From contig CAZWAV010000003.1 in the NCBI GenBank assembly GCA_964631935.1, positions 10,894 to 74,893 of the forward strand: a stretch of 64,000 nt of DNA, in the 5' to 3' direction. The translations under genes and the position numbers were made by a program. This DNA comes from an uncultured Candidatus Saccharibacteria bacterium (GTDB taxonomy: Bacteria; Patescibacteriota; Minisyncoccia; Phycocordibacterales; UBA9973). Numbering within the stretch: the stretch's first letter is position 1; every line of letters begins with the position of its first letter. This document shows positions 30,501 through 39,935 of this stretch, in pieces. A model generated the notes under the pieces. It was not told where the DNA came from, made no database searches, and saw only the letters and a list, made by a program, of their open reading frames with translations.

Positions 30501-31758
30501 CCACCGCCCCATCTGCTACCACCGTCCATGACCCACCAGCTGTGAAATCTCGGATTGTTGTAGTTGTTGTTGTATATCGTCGTGTTTTTGTACCAGTAAC
30601 AGTACCATTGTTTTCAGATGATTCTCCGTAGAATGTGGCATTCCCGGTGACGGTGCCTTCGTTTGTACCACTATATCGAAAAATTGCATTGCCAATATAA
30701 TTTGCACCTCCTAGGACATGAAGTTCATCTGTAGACAAATCTGGTAATTGACTTGCTGGATCAGTCGCATTACTATCATTCCAGTAGTTGCCGAGTGTTG
30801 CAGGTGAGGTATCGACGGCATTATTGAAGTAGTATTTCAATATAAATCCTACAAACGATCCGCCATTCACAGTAGTGAATACTGTCGCATTGGTATATAT
30901 GGCACTTGTCACGTCAACCACTGCCCCATCTGCCATAACAGTCCATGGGCCGCCATTAGCAAAATCTAGTGTCGAGGTGGTCGTTGTTGTATATCGTCGT
31001 GTTTTTGTTCCGGTGACGGTGCCTTTATTTTCAGATAGGTCTCCGTAGAATGTGGCGTTGCCGGTGACAGTGCCGTTGTTGGTAGCACTCCCTTTAAATA
31101 TTGCATTACCTAAATAATTTGCACCACCATTAATACTAATCTCATCAACAGTATTATTTGGTATTTGGCTTGCTGGATCAGTCGCATTACTATCATTCCA
31201 GTAGTTGCCAAGCTCTGTTGGATCAGTATTAACGGCATTATTGAAATAATACACTTTTCCGCCGAGAAACGAGCCTCCATTTGTCGTGGTAAATACTGTC
31301 GCATTGGTATATATGGTACTTGTCACGTCAACCACTGCCCCATCTGCCATAACAGTCCATGGGCCGTCGGATGCAAAATCTCTACTATTGGTTGTATCCA
31401 CCGTATATCGCCTTGTCTTTGTACCAGTAACAGTACCATTGTTTTCAGATGAGTCTCCGTAGAATGTGGCGTTTCCGGTGACGGTGCCTTGGTTTTGACC
31501 TTCTTCTCTAAAGATTGCATTCCCGACGTAGTCAGCACCAGCAAGAACGGTGAGTTGATCAACTGAGAGGTCAGGGAGCTGGGATGCTGGATCATTCAGG
31601 CCAGCATCATTCCAGTAGTTACCAAGTGTTGCAGGTGAGGTATCGACGGCATTATTGAAGTAGTAGTTTGCTGCAGAGGCATGGGTGGTTATAGCAAAAA
31701 AGACTACAAGACTTACGAGTCCCATTAAGAGATATTTAGATTTGAAAATTGAATACAT
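27583..31758 (-). CDS. giant surface protein: signal peptide, 3 tandem ~140-aa repeats, Ig-like domains, about 14 YVTN-type beta-propeller blades, Pro/Gly linker, C-terminal peptidoglycan-binding domain
   Basis: Repeats ANYYFNNAVDT.P..LGNYWND... x3. Blades such as KLYVANTNSDTVSVIDTATNTVTATISVG. C-terminal ...LKVDGVYGRNTISALKLFQKENNLKVDGIFGPKT is a PG_binding_1-like domain. Confidence 0.7.
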   Translation of the reverse strand: MYSIFKSKYLLMGLVSLVVFFAITTHASAANYYFNNAVDTSPATLGNYWNDAGLNDPASQLPDLSVDQLTVLAGADYVGNAIFREEGQNQGTVTGNATFYGDSSENNGTVTGTKTRRYTVDTTNSRDFASDGPWTVMADGAVVDVTSTIYTNATVFTTTNGGSFLGGKVYYFNNAVNTDPTELGNYWNDSNATDPASQIPNNTVDEISINGGANYLGNAIFKGSATNNGTVTGNATFYGDLSENKGTVTGTKTRRYTTTTTSTLDFANGGPWTVMADGAVVDVTSAIYTNATVFTTVNGGSFVGFILKYYFNNAVDTSPATLGNYWNDSNATDPASQLPDLSTDELHVLGGANYIGNAIFRYSGTNEGTVTGNATFYGESSENNGTVTGTKTRRYTTTTTTIRDFTAGGSWTVVADGAVVTIVNATINSGVTFSTINGGSFVYAVLSDVSSIDDTVTLIYSKTLDTDSIPATTDYSVTINGVATTVSNVTISGKVVILTIADTLITGDAVLVDYTPGATPLKSVGIEVDAVTDHTTIMGIYMPGNYYPLTLGNKIYITRASAPSNISVIDPATNEIIATATVGSDPFIAIGLGHKVYTDNYTSRDVSVFNTQSNTITSTISTSQILSYLIIGVGTKVYLAGGNTNVTVIDTTTDTAQTITVGQARFPAIVGTNLYLGDSTSKKVYVVDTTNDTHTATLINGGSGSISYVVAVGNKVYAGAGTDLKVINTTTNAVTTINVTNNTQSSAVAIGTKLYVSSGQGTVKVINTITDTVQSTINVGSGNRYIVAASERYLYVANGDSDTMSVIDSHSDTVIETIPVTDNPYYGAILNGKIYISSGSSGSIVSVIDTTQISSLLPNLTSFSTSSSSGTYTTGQSIQIVANFGRTLQAGSTMTILLNSGRSVTLNNVSGSTLSGTYTVQAGDASPDLAVESITSASVSDTNGHTRTSYDLPSSVGSFNAENSLIVRNLGDIKNIVINTDYASITVGDAPYQISASINGYIYIANQGAGTVSVVRVSDNTLVDTITVGSEPYGLAAVGTKLYVANTNSDTVSVIDTATNTVTATISVGIKPYYVATIGTNVYVTNGASNTVSVINSNTNLVTATIPVGSYPRGIKAHGTDLYVANYGDPNYSGGNYISIINSLTNTVSGTIILPAGSDGPRGVAVLGSYVYVTNYRSHNVSVINTATNTITNTITVGQGPRGIVGLGTTLYVENFDDGTISIIDTNTNTITSTIDVGNSPAGMSVVGTDIYVSAFQDDKLRILDTTNGLLKQNIVVTPPPSGCNNCGGGGPPVVPQVITKIITPTIPTTTIPKFIKFIGPKSPKGDIKNIQQTLNILLSSKLAKLLKVDGVYGRNTISALKLFQKENNLKVDGIFGPKTREVMNKILAGK
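30410..31670. repeat. three tandem ~410-bp DNA repeats inside the giant surface-protein gene
   Basis: E.g. gctggatcagtcgcattactatcattccagtagttgcc recurs at about 30759 and 31169, with a more diverged third copy near 31580. Confidence 0.6.
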
Positions 31759-31776
31759 ATGCCAGATTATAGCACA

Positions 31777-32898
31777 TCATTTCAATACTTTTATTCCTGG
31801 GAGTGTACCTTTGACTAAGAAATCGAGAGTTGCGCCTCCTCCAGTTGAGACAAATCCTAATTTGTTCTCAAGCTTTAATTTAGAGATTATAGCTACTGTA
31901 TCTCCCCCGCCGATAATACTGTGGGCTTTAGATTTTGAAATGATTTTCAAAATTTGCTCTGTTGATCCACCGAAGCCAATCTCGTATTTACCAAGTGGAC
32001 CATTCCAAAGAATAAATTTTGATTTCTCAATTAATTCTTTTAATTTTTCAATAGTCTTTGGTCCTACATCAACGATTGATTCATCAATAGCAACACCGTC
32101 TGGTTTGACAAAATTATGTTTCGAACCTTTCGCCACTTCTACATCAGACGGAAGGATTAAATTTTTGTGTTTCAGTAAAGATTGAATTTGAAAATCAGTA
32201 TTATCGACAAGAGAAGTACCAACTTGGTATCCTCGGGCTCTAAAGAAATCATTGGCTAATGCTCCGCCAATAAATACATTGTCAGCATCGCGGAGGAATT
32301 TTTTAATTAATGGAATTTTTGTATCAAACTTTGCTCCCCCAAGAATAAAAAGAAATGGGTGTGATGGATTGAACGCTTTTGAAAGACAATCTACTTCATC
32401 TTGTAATTGAAAGCCTGCATATCCAGGTAAGTATTTTGTAATACCAACAACTGAAGCATGTGCTCTATGTGATACAGAGAAAGCATCGTTTACATATACT
32501 TCTCCGTATCGAGAAAGGGCCCTAGCAAATGATGGAGAATTATTTTTCTCTCCAGTTTCGGTCCGCAGATTCTCAAGCAAGAAAATGTCGCTCTTCTTCG
32601 CATCTTTAATTATTTTTTCTGTTTCATCTGAGAATATAGGTGTAGAAATAAATACGGCTTTCGGAATATATTTCTTTAGTTTTAGAGCCACGGGCTTAAG
32701 ACTTTGTTTCCCATCATCTCCAATATGAGCAAGGAGTATGACTATAGCCCCTTTTTTCTGTAGATATTCTATGGTTGGAATCGCTTTTTTAATACGAAAA
32801 TCATCAAGAACTTTGCCGTCTTTGATAGGCACATTAAAATCTACACGGACGAGTACTCGCTTCCCTGCTAACCCTTCTATATCTTTTAGTGATTTCAT
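31777..32898 (-). CDS. pgk: phosphoglycerate kinase
   Basis: RVDFNVP, hinge and C-terminal GGGA/GGGD nucleotide-binding motifs; 373 aa. Confidence 0.95.
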   Translation of the reverse strand: MKSLKDIEGLAGKRVLVRVDFNVPIKDGKVLDDFRIKKAIPTIEYLQKKGAIVILLAHIGDDGKQSLKPVALKLKKYIPKAVFISTPIFSDETEKIIKDAKKSDIFLLENLRTETGEKNNSPSFARALSRYGEVYVNDAFSVSHRAHASVVGITKYLPGYAGFQLQDEVDCLSKAFNPSHPFLFILGGAKFDTKIPLIKKFLRDADNVFIGGALANDFFRARGYQVGTSLVDNTDFQIQSLLKHKNLILPSDVEVAKGSKHNFVKPDGVAIDESIVDVGPKTIEKLKELIEKSKFILWNGPLGKYEIGFGGSTEQILKIISKSKAHSIIGGGDTVAIISKLKLENKLGFVSTGGGATLDFLVKGTLPGIKVLK

Positions 32899-32899
32899 A

Positions 32900-33664
32900 T
32901 TATTTTATAGCACTCGCAATTTTAATAATCGAAGAAAAATTATGAACATCAAGACTTGCCTTGCCAGGAAGTAACCCATCTGCACCAACATTCAAAAACG
33001 AAGATGCGTTATCTTTATTTACGGATCCTCCATAAATAATCAAAACAGAAGAAGCTATTGCTCTACCGAACAAGTCGGTAAGAATCTTTCGAATATATAT
33101 TTTCATTTCTTCAAAATCATGAGGTGTAGCATCGTGGCGGTTCTCAGTCGAAGAAAGCGCCCACACTGGCTCGTAAGCAATAACAATATTTTTTATCTGA
33201 GATTTTGATATTCCAAAGAGGCAAGATATTAATTGATCCTTTACAACCCCTAAATAAGAACCGTCATGGTTACGAATAGATTCCCCAACACATAGTATTG
33301 GACTAATTTTTGCTTTTAATACTGCCGTCAACTTTTTATTCGAAATTTCATTTGTCTCCCCCAAAGATCTACGCTCGGAATGTCCGACAATAACATATTT
33401 AACACCCATATCTTTTAGCATAGAAACGGAAACTTCTCCTGTATAAGGTCCCTGTGTCTCATAAAAAACATCTTGAGCTCCAAGTGCAATTTTTTTGATC
33501 TTTAGTTTTTTACTTATAAACAAATATGGAAATGGCAAACAAATAACAACTTCTGTATTTTTGATATTATTAATATTCTTTCCAATGTTATTAAAAAGAA
33601 CTTCCGCCTCCTTTTGGGATTGCGGGTTCATTTTCCAGTTGCCAACTATAAGCTTTTTTGACAT
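32900..33664 (-). CDS. tpiA: triosephosphate isomerase
   Basis: GNWKMN, VGHSERR, YEPVWA, IIYGGSV motifs. Confidence 0.9.
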   Translation of the reverse strand: MSKKLIVGNWKMNPQSQKEAEVLFNNIGKNINNIKNTEVVICLPFPYLFISKKLKIKKIALGAQDVFYETQGPYTGEVSVSMLKDMGVKYVIVGHSERRSLGETNEISNKKLTAVLKAKISPILCVGESIRNHDGSYLGVVKDQLISCLFGISKSQIKNIVIAYEPVWALSSTENRHDATPHDFEEMKIYIRKILTDLFGRAIASSVLIIYGGSVNKDNASSFLNVGADGLLPGKASLDVHNFSSIIKIASAIK

Positions 33665-33690
33665 AGCCCTATTATACCATAATTATCTTG

Positions 33691-35451
33691 CTACTCTGAT
33701 TCTTTCCAAGTTGAGACATTGTAAGAGCCCGATGGACCACTTGAAAAATTATTGTTTGAGAGACCAGATTCATAAGTAACACTTGAACCCCCATTTATAG
33801 TAATTCTATACCCAGTTGCTTCTTTTAAAGAAGCCCCGCCTGAAATACTGATTGTGCCATTCTCTGCATACACAACTACTGCTCCAGCACCACCATCAAT
33901 ACTAGCAGCGCTCGATGATGAACTTGTTGTAAGCATCATAATATAGCTACCAGTAACACCAGACCCTGTAGCGTGCCCACCCCCTGATATAGAAATATTA
34001 CCATCAGAAATTATTACAGCATCATTAGTACCATAACTAGGTGATAGTTTAATCTTCCCTCCACCATTAAGTGAAACATTTCCTGTAACCCATAAATTCC
34101 CAGTAACCACAAGAGTTCCTCCTCCACTTACAGTTAAGTCACCAATAATTTTTTTTGGCCCCAATGTGGCACCCGCCCACCCAACATTATAGTTACCATT
34201 ATAAGTTCCTCCTCCTAAGGATTCAGCTTGCCAAGAAGCTATGTTTGCGTCTGATACGGGGAATGTCTGATATACAGGATCGGGTTGATTTATACATGAC
34301 TTATTATTGCCAGTGCCACTCTGGCAATAAATATTACCATTTGAATTTGTATAATTAACCGTATGAGCTTGGGCTGTCCCAGAAACTGTACCTATGTGAA
34401 GCTGATTCCATTGACTACCAGATGACCCGGCTATTAGTCCATTCACCCCGCCAAGATAAACCTGGAAATAGTAATCAAGATTGGACGGTGTAGTATTATT
34501 CCAAGTTCCAGAAAACTGTCCAATTTTCCCAGAACCATTATTATATCCATTACTATTTGCTCCGACCGTGTAATATTTGGTACTTGAAGTGCTGGCATCA
34601 ATAACGATCCAATATGTTGTACCTAATAATAGCAATGGATTTGTCGTAAAAGAAACATCCACCCATCCATAGGAAGTTGTAACCGTAGAAGCATTCAATG
34701 TTCCACTTGCAAAGACTGTCGTACCCGGACTGCCACTTGAATCATTTACAATTTTTACTGTTGCATTACTTGCACTGCCAACCTTTTTTATATAAAATTG
34801 AATTTTATTTAATGGGCTCTCTGTCGACACCTGAAAACTCTGTGCAACATCTTGTGTTGCATTAGCATTACCAAAATTAACATTATTTGTTGGTGTACCA
34901 GTACCATTAGTTTGGTCTGTAGAGACGGCAGGGCTATTCGCTGATATGGCTGTTCCTGTGATAATAGCTGAACTATCCCCTGTAATAGGACCATTGGCAT
35001 AAACATTTCCATTTACAGTACCACTCCCATTTAAATCTATACCTCCCTGACCTACGAGTACACCGTAATTAAAAGAAACCCCCGCGCTAGTACTTATTAT
35101 TGTATCAATCTTTCTTTGGTTTGACCCCATATCACCAAGAGAGACAATTTGCTTTTGGCTACTTGAAATATCAGTAATCGTGGTGGTCGTAGTAGAAGTA
35201 CCTAAAACTAATGTTTCACTAGCACTAATTTGTCTATTATTCCTAATACGATAAAGAGCATCTTCTACGCCTGATTCTGCTAAAAAGTAGGCATTCTTGG
35301 AATTAAAAGTCGTACCTGCTATCTTAAATTCACGAACAGTAGGAGTTATAATACCAACCAAAATAGTTAAACTGATAAAAACGAAAAATATAACGACAAT
35401 CATCATTGCGGCACCACGATTTAGAGGATAGTTTTGTTTAATATTTTTCAT
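33691..35451 (-). CDS. large PilX-N-like pilus-associated protein (putative minor pilin/tip adhesin)
   Basis: N-terminal TM plus AYFLAESGVEDALYRIRNN (PilX N-terminal-like), then ~550 aa Gly/Ser/Thr/Asn-rich beta-rich region; last gene of the pilin operon. Confidence 0.5.
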   Translation of the reverse strand: MKNIKQNYPLNRGAAMMIVVIFFVFISLTILVGIITPTVREFKIAGTTFNSKNAYFLAESGVEDALYRIRNNRQISASETLVLGTSTTTTTITDISSSQKQIVSLGDMGSNQRKIDTIISTSAGVSFNYGVLVGQGGIDLNGSGTVNGNVYANGPITGDSSAIITGTAISANSPAVSTDQTNGTGTPTNNVNFGNANATQDVAQSFQVSTESPLNKIQFYIKKVGSASNATVKIVNDSSGSPGTTVFASGTLNASTVTTSYGWVDVSFTTNPLLLLGTTYWIVIDASTSSTKYYTVGANSNGYNNGSGKIGQFSGTWNNTTPSNLDYYFQVYLGGVNGLIAGSSGSQWNQLHIGTVSGTAQAHTVNYTNSNGNIYCQSGTGNNKSCINQPDPVYQTFPVSDANIASWQAESLGGGTYNGNYNVGWAGATLGPKKIIGDLTVSGGGTLVVTGNLWVTGNVSLNGGGKIKLSPSYGTNDAVIISDGNISISGGGHATGSGVTGSYIMMLTTSSSSSAASIDGGAGAVVVYAENGTISISGGASLKEATGYRITINGGSSVTYESGLSNNNFSSGPSGSYNVSTWKESE

Positions 35452-35454
35452 TTA

Positions 35455-35967
35455 TCAATATGCTCCACGCAAAATTATAGTGTCATAAAAATTCTCTAAC
35501 CTAGAGATCTTACTCCCTGAGTCTTCTAGTGTTAATTCTATTTTTACTGCTTCTCCGTTTGTAGTAGTAATACGTCTAAAAATCAAATTGTCTACTAATA
35601 TATTTTGCCCCAATAAATTGCCGACGAGCACTCCATCTTTATATATATTCAAAGCCCCATTCCCTACAACAAACTTCACAATCATAGCCGTCCCCACACT
35701 ATTGGTACTATTTAATTGCAGTACACCTGGATTAGATCCCATAACACTGTTCGCAATATCCACACTTGAAGCTTGGCGGATTTCCCTTGAAATCCTCTCC
35801 ATCGCAAGAGAACCCGATTCAAGTAAATTACGATTTGAACGAGTTGTGTTAAAAGCACCAAGGACAATAACAAACGAGTTAATAACAAGAACCGAAAGTG
35901 TCGTAAAAATAGCTAGATAAACTATTATTTCAACAAGGCTATATCCATTTTTCTTTATCTTTTTCAT
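35455..35967 (-). CDS. prepilin-type N-terminal cleavage/methylation domain protein (pseudopilin)
   Basis: KNGYSLVEIIVYLAIF prepilin peptidase site (G|YSLVE). Confidence 0.7.
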   Translation of the reverse strand: MKKIKKNGYSLVEIIVYLAIFTTLSVLVINSFVIVLGAFNTTRSNRNLLESGSLAMERISREIRQASSVDIANSVMGSNPGVLQLNSTNSVGTAMIVKFVVGNGALNIYKDGVLVGNLLGQNILVDNLIFRRITTTNGEAVKIELTLEDSGSKISRLENFYDTIILRGAY

Positions 35968-36465
35968 TTAATTAAAAATATCACTAACATAAAAGCCGAG
36001 ATTCTTTGTAGATGTTATACCTCCAGAGACAGGCCAGGAAACCACTACAGAAATCTTTTTAGTCCGAGCATCGAGAGTACCAGAAGAAGCAATGTCATCA
36101 TTTGAATCACGATTCACAGCTGAGAAAACTATAGTGCGAGTAAAAAGTGAGTCAATATTAGGGGTCGCGACAGTTCCTAAAGACCATTTATTTGAACCTG
36201 TATTGAAAGTCAAATAATAATTAGTGTTCAGGTTTAAACTTGAAATATTAGACCAAGAATCATCTCTAATGGATTTCACGGCTTCAGCTCCCTCTTCTAG
36301 CAACAAACTTGCTTGTGTTTGTCTTAAGGCCTGTTTGGATAATTCGATTCCTTTAGTTGAAGCCGACATCAAAGCAAAAATAGAAACTGAAATAATGGCA
36401 CAAGCAATGAGTACTTCGATGAGGCTAAAACCTTTTTTATTATTTTGTTTTAAAAATGATTTCAT
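35968..36465 (-). CDS. prepilin-type pseudopilin
   Basis: KKGFSLIEVLIACAIISV signature. Confidence 0.7.
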   Translation of the reverse strand: MKSFLKQNNKKGFSLIEVLIACAIISVSIFALMSASTKGIELSKQALRQTQASLLLEEGAEAVKSIRDDSWSNISSLNLNTNYYLTFNTGSNKWSLGTVATPNIDSLFTRTIVFSAVNRDSNDDIASSGTLDARTKKISVVVSWPVSGGITSTKNLGFYVSDIFN

Positions 36466-36942
36466 TTAATTTGCACTAATAGAACCAGTCTTGCTGATAC
36501 TAATAGTCTTTTTGCGAGTGGAATCAGAGGTAAGTGCTACTATAATTGTACCATAGTTAGGAGTATCACCAGTTAATCGAGTAAAAATAACATCACTACC
36601 TCCACCATTTAAATTGATACCATTGATTGATGGAATAGTTACACTCGAATCAAATACAAGGGGAACATTGGTTGCATCCCCACTATTAAATACTGATCCG
36701 ATAAAATAGGTTGCCCTATCTGATTGAAAGTGCACCCCGTAATTATTTGAACTAAGTGATGATATTGTATTGTTTCTAGCACTATTTAATAATGAGACAA
36801 CATCCCCCGTTGTGTTATTTAGTGTTTGTTCTCTCCTAAATAGGGAGAGGCTCGGTAATACAATTGCAGCCAAAATACCGATAATACTAACGACAATTAA
36901 TATTTCAATAACACTTATTCCTTTATTTTTCAATATATTCAT
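36466..36942 (-). CDS. type IV pilin-like protein (candidate major pilin)
   Basis: NKGISVIEILIVVSIIGILAAIVLP signature, first pilin after pilC. Confidence 0.7.
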   Translation of the reverse strand: MNILKNKGISVIEILIVVSIIGILAAIVLPSLSLFRREQTLNNTTGDVVSLLNSARNNTISSLSSNNYGVHFQSDRATYFIGSVFNSGDATNVPLVFDSSVTIPSINGINLNGGGSDVIFTRLTGDTPNYGTIIVALTSDSTRKKTISISKTGSISAN

Positions 36943-36944
36943 AT

Positions 36945-38159
36945 CTATTGTATATTACCCATAACTGAGTACATCGGGGAGATCATTGAAACAGCAAAAA
37001 ACCCAACAGCCCCTCCAATAAAGACCATTAACACCGGTTCGATAATAACAGAAAGATCTTTTGTTTTATTATCAACCTCTGATTCATAGAAAGTAGCAAT
37101 ATCAATTAACATTTTAGACAAATTACCTGTTTCCTCTCCCACTTCTATCATCTCTCCCATCATTACAGGGTAAAGATTAGAATTTTCTTTAAATAAGGCC
37201 GACAATGTTCCTCCTTTTTCGATAGAAATCACGGCTTGCCTCATCAAAGTTTTATAATAAACATTCTGAAGAACTTCTTCGGTGATAGTCAAAGCCCTAG
37301 ACATATCCACCCCTGATGACAAGAGAGATGACAAAGTGCGAGCAGTACGTGCAGTATTCACTTCTTTTGCAATGGTACCAATAATAGGTAATCGCAAAAC
37401 CATATAATCAAAATACTTCTTGGTGGCTTCAAGCCTCGTGAACATCACAAAAATTCCAATAATACCTCCAATGACCAGGAGAAACAGTAGTGTGTGATTA
37501 CTTATGGTATCTGAAATCCAAATAATAAATTTTGTGGAACTTGGTAAATCACCACCCAATTCTTTAAATGTTTTAGTTAGAGTCGGAACAACGAACATCA
37601 TCATAAGAACACCAATAATAAATATTGCACAAAGAATAATAGAAGGATACATGAGGGCTCCTTTTATTTTTTTATTTAAATCATAAGATTTTTTTAAATT
37701 CGAACCTACTTCTGCAAGAGCTTGGGGCAACCCCCCAGATTCTTCTCCTGAGTGAACCATAGATACAAATAAACCAGAGAAAACTTTAGGGAATTTCTTC
37801 ATACCATCTGACATGGTACTACCACGATTAATATCTTCAATAAGACTAACCAATACTTTATTCAAGGCGGGATTTTTGGTTTGCTTTTCAAGAACACTCA
37901 AGGCTCGAGTAAGAGATAAACCAGCAGTGAGCATTCCACTTAGATTATTGGTAAATATCATCTTCTCTGACAAAGAAACTCTACTGAAAAGTTCCATCTT
38001 CATCAATGATGATTTTTTTTGATCACCTGCCTCTTCTACAGAGATAGGAATATATCCTTGTTCTCTAAGCTCACGAGCAATAGTAAATTTATCTGCTGAA
38101 TCTTTATACCCTTCTACGATGCTGCCGTCTTTTTTTTGTACTTTATATTTAAATTTCAT
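36945..38159 (-). CDS. pilC: type IV pilus assembly platform protein PilC (GspF family)
   Basis: Two T2SS_F repeats, 3 TM segments, 404 aa. Confidence 0.85.
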   Translation of the reverse strand: MKFKYKVQKKDGSIVEGYKDSADKFTIARELREQGYIPISVEEAGDQKKSSLMKMELFSRVSLSEKMIFTNNLSGMLTAGLSLTRALSVLEKQTKNPALNKVLVSLIEDINRGSTMSDGMKKFPKVFSGLFVSMVHSGEESGGLPQALAEVGSNLKKSYDLNKKIKGALMYPSIILCAIFIIGVLMMMFVVPTLTKTFKELGGDLPSSTKFIIWISDTISNHTLLFLLVIGGIIGIFVMFTRLEATKKYFDYMVLRLPIIGTIAKEVNTARTARTLSSLLSSGVDMSRALTITEEVLQNVYYKTLMRQAVISIEKGGTLSALFKENSNLYPVMMGEMIEVGEETGNLSKMLIDIATFYESEVDNKTKDLSVIIEPVLMVFIGGAVGFFAVSMISPMYSVMGNIQ

Positions 38160-38164
38160 TTTTA

Positions 38165-39922
38165 TTATTCAGAAACAACACGCAAAACTTCTTCGGTTGA
38201 AGTTCTACCTTGGCAAGCTAAGAATATTCCATCTTCAAGCATTGTCACCATCCCCTCTTTCTTGGCCTGTACTTCAACTTCATCAGCCGAAGAACCCTTT
38301 AAAATCATTTCTTTAATTGTCGGAGTAACTTTTAAAACTTCGTGAATTCCAAGACGCCCCTTGTAGCCATTTTCTGATTCTTCGCTTGGTACGGGTTTAT
38401 AAAATGGGACTTTATCCCAGGTTGCATCTGGATCCACAACTTTTTCTTTCTTTAAAATCCCAAGCATGCGATCAAGGTCTACCACATTTCCAAGAGTCTT
38501 TTTCTCTGCTTCACTTAAAAAATATTTTTCTTTATTCGAATCGAGAACTCGAACAAGACGTTGAGCAATAATATTTTTAACAGTCGAAACAATGAGGAAT
38601 GGCTCCACCCCCATATCAATCATGCGGGGAATGGCTCCAGCTGCTGAGTTGGTGTGAATAGTAGATAATACCAAGTGACCAGTAAGCGAAGCATTCACCG
38701 CAAGTGAAGCAGTCTCTCCATCACGAATCTCTCCCACCATTATAATATCTGGGTCTTGACGAAGAAGAGTGCGAAGACCATTAGCAAAAGTCAGACCAAT
38801 TTCAGATTTTGTCTGAGTCTGATTTATGCGATTCATTTGGTATTCTATCGGATCTTCAACGGTTGAAATATTCACATCTGGAGTATTTAATATATCTAGC
38901 ATTGTATATAGTGTCGTCGTTTTACCCGAACCCGTCGGACCAGCACAGAGTAACATTCCACTTCGTTGCTTCATACCATCATGAATACGCTCAAGGGCTT
39001 CACCATGGAAACCAAGAGTCTCAAGAGAGAACCCTTTTGAATTTTCACGCAAGATACGAATAACAGTCTTCTCTCCGAAATATGTTGGTAGAGTAGAGAC
39101 ACGAAACGATACGTTACCATCATCGTTAACAATTTTGAAACGTCCATCTTGTGGCAAGCGCTTTTCATCAAGCTTTAGACTAGAGAGCACTTTTATACGT
39201 GCAACTATGCCAGGAGCTGTATCTTTAGGTAGTACCATGGCATCATGCAAAATACCGTCGATACGATATCGAACTATGAGCGAAGTCTCTTCTGGTTCAA
39301 TATGGACATCGGATGCTCCTTGCAAAATGGCGTGAGAGATTAGAGTATCGACAATTTTAACTATTGGTAAATCTTCAGCAAGTTCTTTGAGTTCTTTTTC
39401 TGACTTTTCTTCACCTGGTGTACCACTTTCTAGTATTGGCTTGAGTGTTGCAGATTCTTTTTTAATAATGTCCTCGAAATCAGCTTGTAGACTTTTCTTA
39501 TATTGAGTCAAGGCTTCCTTTATAGAGTCAGAGCTTGTCATTCGTGGGAGAATTTTAAGCCCTACTTTTTTCTTTATGAAGTCTATAACAGAAAGATTGT
39601 CGACATCGAGCATGGCGACCTCGAGACCAGTTTTACTTTTCTTATAAGCAATAATGTTATTGCTACGGGCAATTGGTTCAGGAATAAGAGAGAGTACAGA
39701 AGGATCAATCTTCTCACCTTTCAAACTAACAAAAGGAATGCCGAGCGATACAGCTTGCATGCTATTCCAATCTTTTTCTGTAAGTTTTCCATCGCTAATG
39801 AGAATATCTCCGATCGATTGAGAAGTTTCTTTAGATTTTTTGACTGCCATAGCCACATCAGTTTTACTGACGAGCCCTGAGCTATTGAGTAGATCTACTA
39901 TTGTCTTTTCATCAACATGCAT
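38165..39922 (-). CDS. pilB: type IV pilus assembly ATPase PilB (GspE family)
   Basis: N-terminal GSPII_E_N domain, Walker A GPTGSGKTTT, Asp box, His box, Walker B ILVGEIRD. Confidence 0.9.
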   Translation of the reverse strand: MHVDEKTIVDLLNSSGLVSKTDVAMAVKKSKETSQSIGDILISDGKLTEKDWNSMQAVSLGIPFVSLKGEKIDPSVLSLIPEPIARSNNIIAYKKSKTGLEVAMLDVDNLSVIDFIKKKVGLKILPRMTSSDSIKEALTQYKKSLQADFEDIIKKESATLKPILESGTPGEEKSEKELKELAEDLPIVKIVDTLISHAILQGASDVHIEPEETSLIVRYRIDGILHDAMVLPKDTAPGIVARIKVLSSLKLDEKRLPQDGRFKIVNDDGNVSFRVSTLPTYFGEKTVIRILRENSKGFSLETLGFHGEALERIHDGMKQRSGMLLCAGPTGSGKTTTLYTMLDILNTPDVNISTVEDPIEYQMNRINQTQTKSEIGLTFANGLRTLLRQDPDIIMVGEIRDGETASLAVNASLTGHLVLSTIHTNSAAGAIPRMIDMGVEPFLIVSTVKNIIAQRLVRVLDSNKEKYFLSEAEKKTLGNVVDLDRMLGILKKEKVVDPDATWDKVPFYKPVPSEESENGYKGRLGIHEVLKVTPTIKEMILKGSSADEVEVQAKKEGMVTMLEDGIFLACQGRTSTEEVLRVVSE

Positions 39923-39935
39923 ACTATATAGTATA

